Positions 26,412 through 39,697 are shown, numbered from the whole stretch's first letter. The stretch: DNA of 63,932 nucleotides, filler included, from Octopus bimaculoides (GCF_001194135.2; 6 parts of 5 records of this genome joined end to end with filler, not necessarily neighbours in it), one strand, 5' to 3'. Notes: generated by a model not told the origin, from the letters alone. Translations and numbers: made by a program.

Positions 26412-26689
26412 TACTGATCACGTCAAAAGAGAAGGATATACTACAGTAAAGAAATTGAATAAGACCAAGCATTTCAATTGGTTTCACTAGTTGCTTTTAA
26501 AGAAAAGACCCATTGCCATCGGCAACGTCTTTAGTTTCTAAAATTTAGGTGAAATGACTTTATTCGATTAACTCCCTTAAGTATTGTTTTTCTTTTCTTT
26601 TTTTTTTCCTAGTGGTTGCTTGAATAAGCTTAGTTAATCGCAAAAACAAAACAAGCATGAAATTACTACATAAATTCTTTCTACTATAG

Positions 26690-26850
26690 GCACAGGGACT
26701 GAAATTTTATGGGAAGGAGCTAGTCGACTGCATCAACCCATTGCTCATCTGGTACTTCTTTCATCGACCTAAAAATGATGAGCTGGAAGAAATGCTGCTA
26801 AGTATTTTGTCTGTCGTGCTAACCATTCTACCAGCTCGCCATCTTAAGCT
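26690..26850 (-). mobile_element. tRNA-derived SINE (52855 family), degenerate
   Basis: ctagtcgactgcatcaaccc..ggtacttctttcatcgacc..gtgctaaccattctaccagctcgcc. Confidence 0.65.
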
Positions 26851-27087
26851 ACTATATAAGCTCATGATCAAGATAAGGAATTTTAACAATTGTTACAAAG
26901 ATTACTTAAACTAGCGGCTCTGATTGTCAACTGGTTAGGACACTGTGTTGTGGCCGACGTAACCCTGGATCGAATCCAGTCCAATGTTTTTTTTTTTTTG
27001 TGTGTGGTAGGGAGGGCATCGTCCACTTCCTCCCACCAGAAAAGCCGGTTTTGAGACAATTAGACAGATTTGTTCAAATTTAGTGTA

Positions 27088-27987
27088 CGAGGGTTACCCA
27101 AAAGTAACTGGAAACGTTCTTTGTGGGACAAGCCTGTTCTAGTTCGGGCTTCTACTGCTAGAAGCTACTTGATGCGACCATCAGGCATCAGTCTGGCAAC
27201 CAACGTCATGTGGTGCAATCGTACTAATACGTGGTACGTCTTTGTTTTACAGTGCTTCTCCTCTGTTCGTCAATTTTTGCGATAGCTGTTTTCCGTTGAG
27301 GAAAACGGCGGTCGAAACAGTTGTCATGCTTCAAACGACCCACAAGGACGCTGCCATTAGCAAAACAAGTTTACGAGTGGTTTTCACGCTTTAGGAATGG
27401 TCATTTGTCGCTTGAAGACCAACCTCGTTCAGAGCGACCGTCGACCTCCCGAACGAATAAAAACATCACGAAAATTCATGAACTGATCTTGGAGGACCGT
27501 CGCCGAACAATTGACGAACTTTTTGATATGATTGGTGCGTGAACGAATTTTGCGCGAAGAATTGCGAATGAAAAGAGCTGCAGCGAAATTTGTGCCTCGC
27601 TTGCTCGCGGAAGACCAAAAGCAGTCACGACTGAATGCGCATCGTGAAATGAAAGAACAGTTGGAAGCTGATCAGGACCGTTTTCCGAAGATCATTACTG
27701 ATGATGAAAGTTGGTGCTACGGAGTTTGCAGATGTGGAAGAACTGATGATGAAAGTTGGTGCTACGGAGTTTGCAGATGTGGAAGAAGTTAAGACAAAAA
27801 TGACGAAGGCATTAAAAGACATCATTTTGCAAGAGTTCCAGCACTGCTTCGAACAGTGGAAAACGCATCTGGATTGATTCATTGCTTCAAATGGAAAATA
27901 CTCTGAAGGCGAGGAAAGTGTAAACATGTAAAACTAAGTGAATAAAATAACATTGCAAGCTTCCGGTTTCTTTTGGGTACCCCCTCG
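27088..27987 (+). mobile_element. Internally deleted mariner element (900 bp) with both TIRs and TA TSD
   Basis: TA|CGAGGGTTACCCAAAAGTAACTGGAA ... TTCCGGTTTCTTTTGGGTACCCCCTCG|TA; KQVYEWFSRFRNG..EDQPRSERPSTS, AKFVPRLL, KIITDDESWCYG fused directly to FADVEEVK. Confidence 0.92.
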
Positions 27988-28239
27988 TATCTTTATGGCT
28001 AATAGTGGAGCTTCAAACCCTCAACGCTTTTTGGCTGGAACTGGCGTATTAACACGAAGCATAAGACATCAATATTCAGCTTTTGTAGAATAGAGGACCG
28101 CACTGACAACCTCTAATTGCCCCCCCCCCNNNNNNNNNNNNNNNNNNNNNNNNNNNNNNNNNNNNNNNNNNNNNNNNNNNNNNNNNNCCCCCCCACCGCA
28201 CTTCCTGTCGCCGGCCTAGATTACAAAATCAGATTTCAT

Positions 28240-28880
28240 TTCTTTTATTTTCCTTTTACTTGCTTTACTGGACTGTGGCCATGCTAGGATCCTGCCTTGA
28301 AGGGTTTAGTCAAATAAATGGACCTCGGTACTTATATTTAAGTCTGACATATTCTATTGGCTTTTTTCCGAACCGCTAATCTACGTCGACGTAAACAAAC
28401 CAATACCAGTTGTCAAACTTGGGTGGGGGTAGAAATACAAATACACGCACGCATGCACGCACACGCAAACACACACACACACACACACACGCACACACGC
28501 ACACACACGCACACACACACGCACACACACACATACACACACGCGCGCACGCACAAGCACACACATCTTATATCTTTTATTTGTTTCAGTCACTGAAGAA
28601 TATTTAGACGAATGAATCGACCCCAGGTCCTTTTTTTAAAACCTGCTGCTTATTCTATCGGAATCTTTGCAGAAACGCTAGGTTAGGGGGACGTAAACAC
28701 ACCAACATCGATTGACAAACGGTGGAGAGGAACAAACACGTTAACAAAGGTACACACTTCCAGACAGTTTCCGTCGAACAAATTCACAAATGAGGCATTG
28801 ATCGACCCGAGGATAAGTAAAAGACACTTACTCAAGTTGCAGCGCAATGGAACAGAACCCTAAACTATGCGAGTTTCTTA
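28240..28880 (-). mobile_element. Two OR2-like SINE pieces separated by (CA)n
   Basis: 3' half at 28240-28440, (CA)n at ~28445-28565, degenerate copy at 28570-28880. Confidence 0.75.
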
Positions 28881-29226
28881 ACAGCCATGCCTACACACCT
28901 AAAACGCTTACAACATGAAGCAATTACTAGTTCACCATTATTTACAACTATTCGAATTAGCACTACCATATATTCCAATCGAGAAATTGGTAATAGCTAT
29001 CACAATTTTAAAGCCCTATAAGAAAAGCTAGTGAAATGGCAGGGGTGAAACCCACCCTTAAATGCAATAACTTGCCAATTTTAGAAAACAAATTCTATAT
29101 CATGTGCTGAAGAAGCTCGATTTGCATTATGTGGCTTCATGTTCTGTCCCACTGTGCAGCAAGTGTCTGCTGCCGATGGCTTTTCAGTGAGTTTGTTAGA
29201 CGGTAACTGTGTAGAAGCCCGTATGC

Positions 29227-29275
<49 letters not shown>

Positions 29276-30477
29276 NNNNNNNNNNNNNNNNNNNNNNNNN
29301 NNNNNNNNNNNNNNNNNNNNNNNNNNNNNNNNNNNNNNNNNNNNNNNNNNNNNNNNNNNNNNNNNNNNNNNNNNNNNNNNNNNNNNNNNNNNNNNNNNNN
29401 NNNNNNNNNNNNNNNNNNNNNNNNNNNNNNNNNNNNNNNNNNNNNNNNNNNNNNNNNNNNNNNNNNNNNNNNNNNNNNNNNNNNNNNNNNNNNNNNNNNN
29501 NNNNNNNNNNNNNNNNNNNNNNNNNNNNNNNNNNNNNNNNNNNNNNNNNNNNNNNNNNNNNNNNNNNNNNNNNNNNNNNNNNNNNNNNNNNNNNNNNNNN
29601 NNNNNNNNNNNNNNNNNNNNNNNNNNNNNNNNNNNNNNNNNNNNNNNNNNNNNNNNNNNNNNNNNNNNNNNNNNNNNNNNNNNNNNNNNNNNNNNNNNNN
29701 NNNNNNNNNNNNNNNNNNNNNNNNNNNNNNNNNNNNNNNNNNNNNNNNNNNNNNNNNNNNNNNNNNNNNNNNNNNNNNNNNNNNNNNNNNNNNNNNNNNN
29801 NNNNNNNNNNNNNNNNNNNNNNNNNNNNNNNNNNNNNNNNNNNNNNNNNNNNNNNNNNNNNNNNNNNNNNNNNNNNNNNNNNNNNNNNNNNNNNNNNNNN
29901 NNNNNNNNNNNNNNNNNNNNNNNNNNNNNNNNNNNNNNNNNNNNNNNNNNNNNNNNNNNNNNNNNNNNNNNNNNNNNNNNNNNNNNNNNNNNNNNNNNNN
30001 NNNNNNNNNNNNNNNNNNNNNNNNNNNNNNNNNNNNNNNNNNNNNNNNNNNNNNNNNNNNNNNNNNNNNNNNNNNNNNNNNNNNNNNNNNNNNNNGGGGG
30101 AAAAAGAGATACGTAGAAGTAACAGAGGAAGAACGAGAGGGGTAAAGCGAGATACGTAGTAGTAAAGAGGAAGAACGAGAGGGGGAAAATGATAGAGGAA
30201 GAGAAAGAGAAAGAGTAGCGTCGGAAAATATAAGTTTACGAAAAACTACTTACGAATTGGAGACGCTGCGTTCAGTCATGTAAAAACAAATAGTAAATGA
30301 GTATATGCATATATGCGTACAGGTATGTGCGTACCGACATCCACCTGTATGTATAGGTGCATATCTGGGTACAGGACATTGCAAACAATGGCATAGAGAA
30401 TATTCTACTTCATCAGCTATCCCTGTTTTAACACCGGCGTTTCGAAGAGCTAGGCAGGACGCATCGTTAAAACAGCT

Positions 30478-30511
<34 letters not shown>

Positions 30512-30884
30512 CAAAATAGCTAGTTGTAATACACATCTCTTTGTGTATATAGGTGTGTACATGCATATACATATATATGCATATACTCATATATTATTTG
30601 TATCACGACAGAATGCACGCGTTAACCTTTATACAGTAAGTTATTGTGAAATTTTTTCGCCATGAACGGTTTGTGTTTTTAAATGGAATGTATTTTTTCT
30701 GATGTTATATCTGTTCCTGAATGATGTGTAAAGAAATTTTGATTTAAGCATCTTAATGAATTCTTTATACTGAAATATATATTGTAGAAGATAAATATGT
30801 TCTTTTGAATTTATACGTTTTTGCGTCGTAACTCCTTTATTATTATTTATATATATATATATATATAACTGAAAGGCGAATTAC

Positions 30885-30923
30885 CATAACTGTTCAATCA
30901 GAGCTGAAGTCGAGCGTCATCAA
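30885..30923 (-). other. Candidate short exon ending in ATG of a divergent gene
   Basis: Minus strand gttttgttcttgttgcag|TTGATG..CAGTTATG|gtaatt; no downstream exon identified. Confidence 0.2.
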
Positions 30924-31599
30924 CTGCAACAAGAACAAAACTCATCTGCATGTTTCTAAATAGCTTCGATCTCATTTACGCATACAATATTCTTTCAACG
31001 CCCAATTCAGACGAAACGCAAAAAGTTGGCGACAAACTACCGCTTGCGTCTTCCAACTTAAACAACACACAGCATCGACTTATGTAGAATCGGCATTTTC
31101 TAGAATTACCGACACCCCGGGACAAGCTAAATTTTGGCGTCGTTCCAATTTTGCTATTTTTAACTCAGACTATAAATTTGAAAGAAAGGGTATAGTCCTT
31201 CGTTTGTACATTATTTTATCGATCCAATAAGGATGAAAAGCAAACGCCGGCCCCAGAGAAAACGACAACATATCAGCCACAACAAAAACAAACAGGAGTA
31301 TCAGGTTGTGATTATAAATAAGCAAGACAGTTAAATTCGCAATGATTTTTGACAGAAAGAGAAAAATCATAAACACAAAAAAAAAAATCTAACAAAACAA
31401 ACGGCTTACAAAAACAAAAATAAAAGATTAAAAAATTGTGTAAAGGCGTCGTATAAAACAAAATAAATAAATGAATGTAATCCCTAAAAGAAATGAGATG
31501 AAAAAGGGAGGGAATATTATAACTGTAATAAGAAATGGGGTGTATAAATAAAATGGGTGGAGGACGAAGAAGTAGAATAGAAAACAAGGGAGATAACAA

Positions 31600-31860
31600 C
31601 TGATCACCGTATCTAGGAAATATTAGTTGGCTGCCGAAAACATTGGTTAGAGAAAATGTAGACTGACGGGTCTCCCTTTAAGTTTGTTAATGGCGCCACT
31701 AAACATTACGAAAATGAATAACTCATCAGCTTTCCTGAAGCTATGGCTCCTAGTTAAGGCGCGCGTGACGACTTCCTTTAGCGATAAGGTCGGCAGTCAT
31801 CACAAGTAGTGACGCCACATTACTGCATAGACCAAGTCGTCTGGCTGACGACATGTTTTA
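31600..31860. promoter_or_regulatory. Candidate CpG-rich promoter region upstream of the ankyrin gene
   Basis: Unique CpG-rich sequence with aatggcgcc (YY1-like), gcgcgtgacg, acttcct (ETS-like) and gtgacgcca; lies a few kb upstream of the CpG-depleted domain. Confidence 0.3.
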
Positions 31861-32000
31861 AACCATAACAACATCTCTGTGGAAAGTGACAAGAGAAAAT
31901 AGGTGACAATTGTTTCTTTTAAATAAATAATTATTTTTATTAATTTACGCATTCACACGCACCCACACCCATATATGCACATACGGATTATAAATACACA

Positions 32001-32055
<55 letters not shown>

Positions 32056-32099
32056 GGACGCACACAAATATAATTACAGACATACAAACATATACATAC

Positions 32100-32730
32100 T
32101 GAACAGTTGTCATATATATGGGAGAATATACGAAAAAACAACAACAGACGAAGACGGGTGGTGTAAATAACAAAAGGATGTATTAGTATGACGCTCGGGA
32201 ATACGGAAAGTCTTTGACGTTTCGAGCTACGCTCTTCAACAGAAAGAATACGGAGACAAGGAGAAAAACACGGAGAAAAAAAATTGAATAGTGTTCAGTC
32301 AATGAAGTGCATTAACGTAACTGTTTTAGCGTCGTTAATTTCAGGCTGACTTATTTGATATTAACTATCCTGCTNNNNNNNNNNNNNNNNNNNNNNNNNN
32401 NNNNNNNNNNNNNNNNNNNNNNNNNNNNNNNNNNNNNNNNNNNNNNNNNNNNNNNNNNNNNNNNNNNNNNNNNNNNNNNNNNNNNNNNNNNNNNNNNNNN
32501 NNNNNNNNNNNNNNNNNNNNNNNNNNNNATATATATATATATATATAGGGGGAGAATTCCCCAAAAAACAAAAGACGAAGACAGGTGGTGTAGACAACAA
32601 ACAGATATATTAGTTTAACGCTCGGGAAGTGAAAAATTCTTTAACGTTTCGAGCCTACGCTCTTCCACAGAAAGGAACACAGAAAGAAACAAGGAGAGAA
32701 AATAAAGAATGTGTAGTGGCTAGCGATCTA
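32100..32730 (-). mobile_element. Two related Penelope-like terminal fragments, each with a variant minimal hammerhead (32211-32247 and 32638-32674)
   Basis: Minus strand tcttt-CTGTTGA-A-GAGC-gta-GCTC-GAAAC-GTC-aaaga and cttt-CTGTGGA-A-GAGC-gtag-GCTC-GAAAC-GTT-aaag; the copies are separated by a gap. Confidence 0.55.
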
Positions 32731-33212
32731 TCATCTGTATGTATGTGTAAATTTCTGCGCGCATGTGTGAGTGTGTGTTTACCCCAGTGCTAAAATGTAC
32801 TGCCGCGAAAACAGGTCAACGTCTAGTCAGTTGAGTCAGATCTCCGTATCTAAACAGCTGTGCCCAGTTGTCTCATTCTATTTAATATATTATCTGTCGT
32901 TCATCCTCCTTCTTCCTCAGAAGAACTAGTAGGGTTCCTTAGAGAGCCAATATAGCTTTTCTTTTATTTTGTATTTTGCAGCTTTTTTTCTATTATGAGT
33001 ATCAGTTTAACACTAGGGGCGATGTAATTAGCCCTTCCTTTTTCTACACAAGAAGAAAAAATAATTGCAATTATGTTCGTTAATCAAGTTTTATTTAATC
33101 ATACAGCGCTAAGTAACTTTTGTAATTTTTTCTGCGATGTGGATTATTTAACTAGCTTTGCCAGTAGTATATCGAGTTTATTCTTTCATTTACCCTTCCA
33201 TTTATCGCTTTT

Positions 33213-33292
33213 TACAACTTCGACTTCTAACTCCGTTCATTAAAGTACTTTGTACAACTTCGATTTCTAACTCCGTTCATTAAAGTACTTTG
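33213..33292. repeat. 40-bp tandem duplication
   Basis: tacaacttcga(c/t)ttctaactccgttcattaaagtactttg x2. Confidence 0.9.
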
Positions 33293-33429
33293 TTGCACTG
33301 TATATTCCGCGAATGCATGATCATCTGATTGGCAATTGAACATTCATGACAGTTCGGAAATAGTTTCTGACAACGCTCAAGTACATTTTCTTCTTTTTGT
33401 CCAGCCTGTTCTTATTTCGGTATTGTTGA

Positions 33430-33575
33430 ATAATTTTGTCTACCACATCCACTCACAAGACATTGGTCAGTCCGAGGCTATAGTAGAAGACATTTGTCCA
33501 AGGTGCCACACAGTCGGTAATGCACCCGGGTGGTCGGGAAGCAAGCTTCTTATCACACAGCCACGCCTGAGCCTA
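33430..33575 (-). mobile_element. OR2-like SINE 5' half
   Basis: ccactcacaagacattggtcagtccgaggctatagtagaagac..cacagccacgcct. Confidence 0.8.
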
Positions 33576-34029
33576 TAGTATCGATATTATATAGAATAGG
33601 AATAGAGAGTATATAGTAAATGTAAAATCCGAAGGTTCTACCGATAGTCTGCATCGGTAATCAGTGAGTATACAGTTGGCAGGAAATACTTTCTGACGGT
33701 ATCCTATATATATACGAGATGTCAAGTTGCTTTGCTATTGTACAAAAATTTTCTCAGCATATATGCGGTAACTAAGGAGGTCGGCTACCGTATCTGATGT
33801 AGTATGAACATTGTACGAGATATTCTAACTATCAGTCAGAATATTCGGGTTTTTCTTGTTTCATTTTTTCTTTTTTTCTTTTTTCGTCTTTTTCTTTAGT
33901 TTTCCTTAATAATGAAGCGTGCTTATTATTACAATAGGGACAACGATTGTTGACATTCCCAAACATTCCCCACATTCATTATACTTCCAGTTCCAGTATT
34001 TTTGCACCCTCTTATCTTAAGCTAAGAAG

Positions 34030-34070
<41 letters not shown>

Positions 34071-34368
34071 CCAATAGTGAAGACACATCTATTAAATAAC
34101 ATGATAAATATTCTTGTTTCTTTATTACGGTAAATAGGTTGTTAGCTTTAATTGTTCTATGTGTATTGACAGCTTTATCCCAAATGATGTCATGTTCCCA
34201 TGTGTTACAAAATTAAGACGATTGTTGGTGTACTATATATTTAGATATATTCCTCTCTTTCTATATATNNNNNNNNNNNNNNNNNNNNNNNNNNNNNNNN
34301 NNNNNNNNNNNNTTAATTAATTAANNNNNNNNNNNNNNNNNNNNNNNNNNNNNNNNNNNNNNNNNNNN

Positions 34369-34415
<47 letters not shown>

Positions 34416-35027
34416 AGGCAGCAGTACATCATGCTGGTCAAAGTTGTTGGGTTTTTAGAAAAAAAGTTGAAAGAAACACAGCAGTGTTTAAACCGTGGGA
34501 TTAAATGCTTAAATCGGTAACAGAAATGTGAGTTAAATTGTAATTTCTAAAGGGAGGAGAGACAAATTTCAGACAGGTTTGGGCTAAGGAGCATAACTTC
34601 AAGAAAGTAGAGGGGAAGGCGATAACTTGGGTGAGGTAGACAATAGAAATACATAAATAATCATGAATTTAAGACAGAACAGAGATATGGAAGGGAAGAA
34701 ATGTATAGATAGAGAAACGGGGTGAGGTGTGGTGGGGGAAGGGGAGCGCAGCAGAAGGGATAATATATAAAAATAAAAATGTCTTAGCTATTGTTCATGT
34801 CTTGGAGAGCTTCGTCGTGGGTTCTAATCAGCATAGAAATTCCAATACGAATTGGGAGTAATCCTAATCATCATTTTTGTGTCTATTTTCTATGTCAGCA
34901 TGCACTGAACAAGTCGTTAATTTCAGTTCTTATCAAGAATTGCTGCTTTCCTAGAAAGATCCAAGAGCTGCATCCTTTTGTATGATTCACTTGTGGCATA
35001 GTTTCTATGATTGGATCCCTCCCTTAA

Positions 35028-35243
35028 CCCTTTAGCATTCAAATTACTTTATCAAATGTTATGCTTATTTATTCGCATTGTTTTGAATTAATCATGTATT
35101 ATCTTATAGCTTCAAGATTTCAAATGATGTGATTGTTTACTTTTAGAATGACACTGTAGAGTAGGTGTAAGAGGCCAGATCTGACTGGTTTGAACTTAAA
35201 TAGAATATTTGGGCCAGATATAGCCAATTTAAAAGCTAACAGG
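35028..35243. mobile_element. piggyBac-like MITE, degenerate
   Basis: TTAA|CCCTTTAGCATTC at the left end; decayed aaagctaacagg|ctaa at the right end. Confidence 0.45.
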
Positions 35244-35596
35244 CTAACAATAACCACTTTAAGGCACCAAAACTAGACAGGTTCTTGTGTTCTTAGCAAG
35301 ACTAAAGGAAACTCAATTCTACTTTGTCTCTGCTCATTACCAAACACTTTGCAGATTATGCTTGGTGTGTTTAATTGTGACACAAGCACTAGTGAGGTTG
35401 CTCTATACACTACAAGATTAAAAAGCCCTAATGAGTCTCTGATGTCTTTTCAAGGCAATATGACCAAGAGGGTGAAGAGAAAAAAAAGCAGTGTCAGAAC
35501 AACCAGGATGAATAGGTGAAGGGTATGATAAGAGAAACAGAGTGATTGGGGAGAGAAGTTATAGAGCTCAGAGTATCAGAAAAGACAGTGATGGGA

Positions 35597-35710
<114 letters not shown>

Positions 35711-35989
35711 TGGATAGTTATAGAGATGAGCAATGGCAGGAGAGTGGTAACTAGCAATAAAGTAAAGGTGATGATAGTATTTATAAACTACCAAAAGGTC
35801 TATAGCCACTGCTAGTTACACAAGTAGTTACAGTGAGTAGTAAAAATGGTAGGTGGAAAGAGGACAAATAATAGAGAAGAGCGATAAAGAAATGGGGTGT
35901 CAATAATGTGGGAAAGCAGCAGATAGCTAATTAACAGAGACATAGTGAGCAAGAGACCTAAATCTAGATACATTATACAACCATCTTAA

Positions 35990-37400
35990 TGTTGTTTTGT
36001 CATGGTTGCATGAATGGGTGGGTCTTCTTCAAAACTGCATGATAACAATCATTGTGATCCCTTATCTCCTCTGTAAAGGTCTGCACCCTGAGATCAGCCA
36101 TCATCTTGAGTATCTTGTCCACAAGTTTCATTCACTTTGAGCACACTTCTTTATACAGCTGCCATCTTCTATATGCAACATAAGCCATACCAGCACAGTC
36201 TTCCCTCTTACATGCATCAGATTTCACTTACATCCAGTTCAGCTCCTATTTTTGTACACTACATGAATTGCACATCCGGTGGAGCATGCTAGCTTCATTG
36301 CATTCAAGTCTCTGCAAATTATGTCTCACAACTATACCATGTCTCACAACTATACCATGTCTCACAACTATACAAAATAATTCTTTATCCACAAGTATCA
36401 AACAATCTCCCTTCATTCTGAAAGAGAAATTTTTTGTTACCAGAAGAGATAATAGATACTTGAATTTTCTCCTACCCGTTCTCACTCCAGTTACTATGCT
36501 TTTTAGAATATTCACCTCTACTGTTAGTTAAGTTACTGTCAATTATTGCTAGGGAGCCATCCAGACATTTGAAGAAATTTATTTTATTTGTGCTTCTAGT
36601 GCTTACAGCTACCAAGTATCTGCTACGTACAAAGGCTACCTTCTTCATTAGTCTGCCTGTGACCCTACTATGTATCTTGTACAAACTTTGCACTGCATAC
36701 ACTTATGGAATTTCTATCAACTCCTTTCTACATCAAGTAAGGGCTTTTCATTGATAATAGTAGGGTTCTGTCTTCTTTCTTATTAAAATTTTAAACTTTA
36801 CAAAGTTTACTTTGAAGACCTTTCATTCCAGGAATTACCATGTTTGGAATTTCTTCCCCACTTTTACAACAGATTCAGCTAAAACAACTGAAGTCATCAG
36901 CATATAGATTCTAAGTACATCAAATCCTAAACTCAGAAGAGGTTAAAGACTGAGCTCTTGTGGACCACCACCTAAATGATAAATTCATTTGTTAAACATC
37001 ACTTTGCTGACTGCACTTCTACACATGGGTTGGGCTGACCTCACAAGTCATTCATCTATCCCTAGTTCCTTAGTGGCCGACACATTACAGAGAATAGAAT
37101 TCTGTTAAAAACTTCCCCAGATTCATGATAGACATAGTGGCTAACTCTTCAATAAATGTTTCTGCAGATGAAGACATTGGCAATACCTCTTCCAAGTGCA
37201 ACGCCCAAGTACATTTCAACTAGTACAATTCTATTCCTAAGGAGTTGTGCTATAACTCTTTTGTTAACTTTCATAATTTGAGCCTCAACTTGTAGCTTCT
37301 GCCCTCTAATACATTTTATTTGCCCTTGTAACAATTGATGATTACTACCAGTAGCAGTAATCATAAAAGTAATTAAAAAATGATTCAATAACAATTATAA
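35990..37400 (-). mobile_element. Old RTE-clade LINE RT remnant, with a 3x18-bp internal repeat at ~36320-36372
   Basis: QIMKVNKRVIAQLLRNRIVLVEM matches QVMKVTERVIAQLIRERINLDEM at 56995-57290; also AVQSLYK and LQRLECNEASMLHRMCN. Confidence 0.7.
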
Positions 37401-38205
37401 ACCATTAAAAAGAAATCATCTGATATTTACTATAAAACAGAATTCAACTTACAGTAGATTTTGATTTCAAATTTACTTGAAATAGATAGTGAAGTGTATT
37501 TTCAAAAACATATTCTCGACCTGGTTTTTCCTTTGTCCAAAATGTTTCAAACAATTTTGAGAAGTTGTTCTTCAAATTATCAGCAGTATCAGGCAATGAT
37601 AAGAGTAAATCTAGAATCAAGAAAAAATTAATTGCATTAAAATTTAACTCCATACAAATAATTAGAAAATTAGCATATCTGTTGAGTGTGGCATATGAAA
37701 TATTATACTGTACTATAGTGTATACCTACAATTTTTAGCAATCACAGTGTATAACACAATATATCTTCACTGACAGGAAAATAAGGATCAGCTTATCTAG
37801 CTTCAATTTTGCATTCGGACTTCATCAAAGACCAAGTACCCTCTTTAAATGTTCACAAAGGAACTGCTTAACTTGACAATTGATTTTTCTAATAAAAATT
37901 ATTTGCATATTATTTGCCACTTCATCAATACATCACTTATCTCTTCATTAGAAACATACTACAGAATCACTCAAACTTTTCATCAACAAAAGACATGATC
38001 AGCTGACCAGCTATTTATTGAATGTATGACATCGAAATTTTCAGTCTATTCTTAGATGGTCAACAGACACAAAACACTATTCCCATACCATGCCGAAATC
38101 AGTTTCAAAACACAACATATCTTCAACCAACACAAAATGGATCACAGAACAGTGCTCCAAGAGCAAATGGAATGGAGAGAGGCCATAGTTAATATAATAA
38201 AGATA

Positions 38206-38338
38206 ACAAAATTAATTGCAGAATAAAACCATTAGGTCAGCGACTCAAAAAGCCACAACCCACCAATGACCACATCTAAGAAGTACAGCATAAACCACAA
38301 AACCAAAGTAGCAAAGGGAAGTAAAAATTTTATGCATA
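38206..38338 (+). repeat. Left arm of a ~133-bp inverted repeat (partner 39564-39697)
   Basis: Reverse complement of 39564-39697 with 4 differences. Confidence 0.9.
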
Positions 38339-38661
38339 CCCTAACAGTTGAGGGAACCCGGGGAAGAGGTAGGCCCAGGAAGACCTGGGCTGAGGTGGTG
38401 AGGCAAGACCTTCGTACATTGGGCCTCACCGAGGCGATGACTACGGACCGAGACCTTTGGAAATGGGCTGTGCGTGAGAAGACCCGGCAAGCCAAGTAAG
38501 ATCGTTGCCAGTGCCCCTGGACTGGTTCTTGTGCGGTTGGCACATGAGATGCACCATTTTGAGCGTGGCCGTTGCCAGTACCGCCTGACTGGCTCCTGTA
38601 GGATTTTCGAGCGAGATCGTTGCCAGTGCCCCTGGACTGGCTTGTGCGGGTGGCACATAAA
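38339..38661 (+). mobile_element. RTE-clade LINE 3' end (ORF C-terminus and repeated 3' UTR)
   Basis: TLTVEGTRGRGRPRKTWAEVVRQDLRTLGLTEAMTTDRDLWKWAVREKTRQAK*, then repeated gatcgttgccagtgcccctggactgg. Confidence 0.85.
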
Positions 38662-39563
38662 NNNNNNNNNNNNNNNNNNNNNNNNNNNNNNNNNNNNNNN
38701 NNNNNNNNNNNNNNNNNNNNNNNNNNNNNNNNNNNNNNNNNNNNNNNNNNNNNNNNNNNNNNNNNNNNNNNNNNNNNNNNNNNNNNNNNNNNNNNNNNNN
38801 NNNNNNNNNNNNNNNNNNNNNNNNNNNNNNNNNNNNNNNNNNNNNNNNNNNNNNNNNNNNNNNNNNNNNNNNNNNNNNNNNNNNNNNNNNNNNNNNNNNN
38901 NNNNNNNNNNNNNNNNNNNNNNNNNNNNNNNNNNNNNNNNNNNNNNNNNNNNNNNNNNNNNNNNNNNNNNNNNNNNNNNNNNNNNNNNNNNNNNNNNNNN
39001 NNNNNNNNNNNNNNNNNNNNNNNNNNNNNNNNNNNNNNNNNNNNNNNNNNNNNNNNNNNNNNNNNNNNNNNNNNNNNNNNNNNNNNNNNNNNNNNNNNNN
39101 NNNNNNNNNNNNNNNNNNNNNNNNNNNNNNNNNNNNNNNNNNNNNNNNNNNNNNNNNNNNNNNNNNNNNNNNNNNNNNNNNNNNNNNNNNNNNNNNNNNN
39201 NNNNNNNNNNNNNNNNNNNNNNNNNNNNNNNNNNNNNNNNNNNNNNNNNNNNNNNNNNNNNNNNNNNNNNNNNNNNNNNNNNNNNNNNNNNNNNNNNNNN
39301 NNNNNNNNNNNNNNNNNNATGAACTTTCGTACAATTTAAACTTCAACTTTTATTAGCCATTAACCTCAACGAATGAACTATTTTACTACGTTTCCCTATG
39401 TATTTATTTTATTTTATTGTTTTTTCTATATTATTTTTTCTATATATAAATATATATTTTTATTCCACTATATCTGTACCGCTCTATAATATTTTTAATC
39501 ACCTTTTAATCGCAGTTTATTTATTTATGTTATTCTATTATATCTTTTAATCGATTTTATTCT

Positions 39564-39697
39564 TATGTATAAAATTTTTACTTCTCTTTGCTACTTTGGT
39601 TTTGTGGTTTATGCTGTACTTCTTAGATGTGGTCATTGGTGGGGTTGTGGCTTTTTGAGTCGCTGACCTAATGGTTTTATTCTGAAATTAATTTTGT
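39564..39697 (-). repeat. Right arm of the ~133-bp inverted repeat
   Basis: See 38206-38338. Confidence 0.9.

Noticed and set aside
37444-37653. Minus ORF LLLSLP..FSKL..TL resembling a hAT dimerisation domain
   Set aside because: The key ERxFS motif is absent and no other hAT hallmarks or TIRs were seen.
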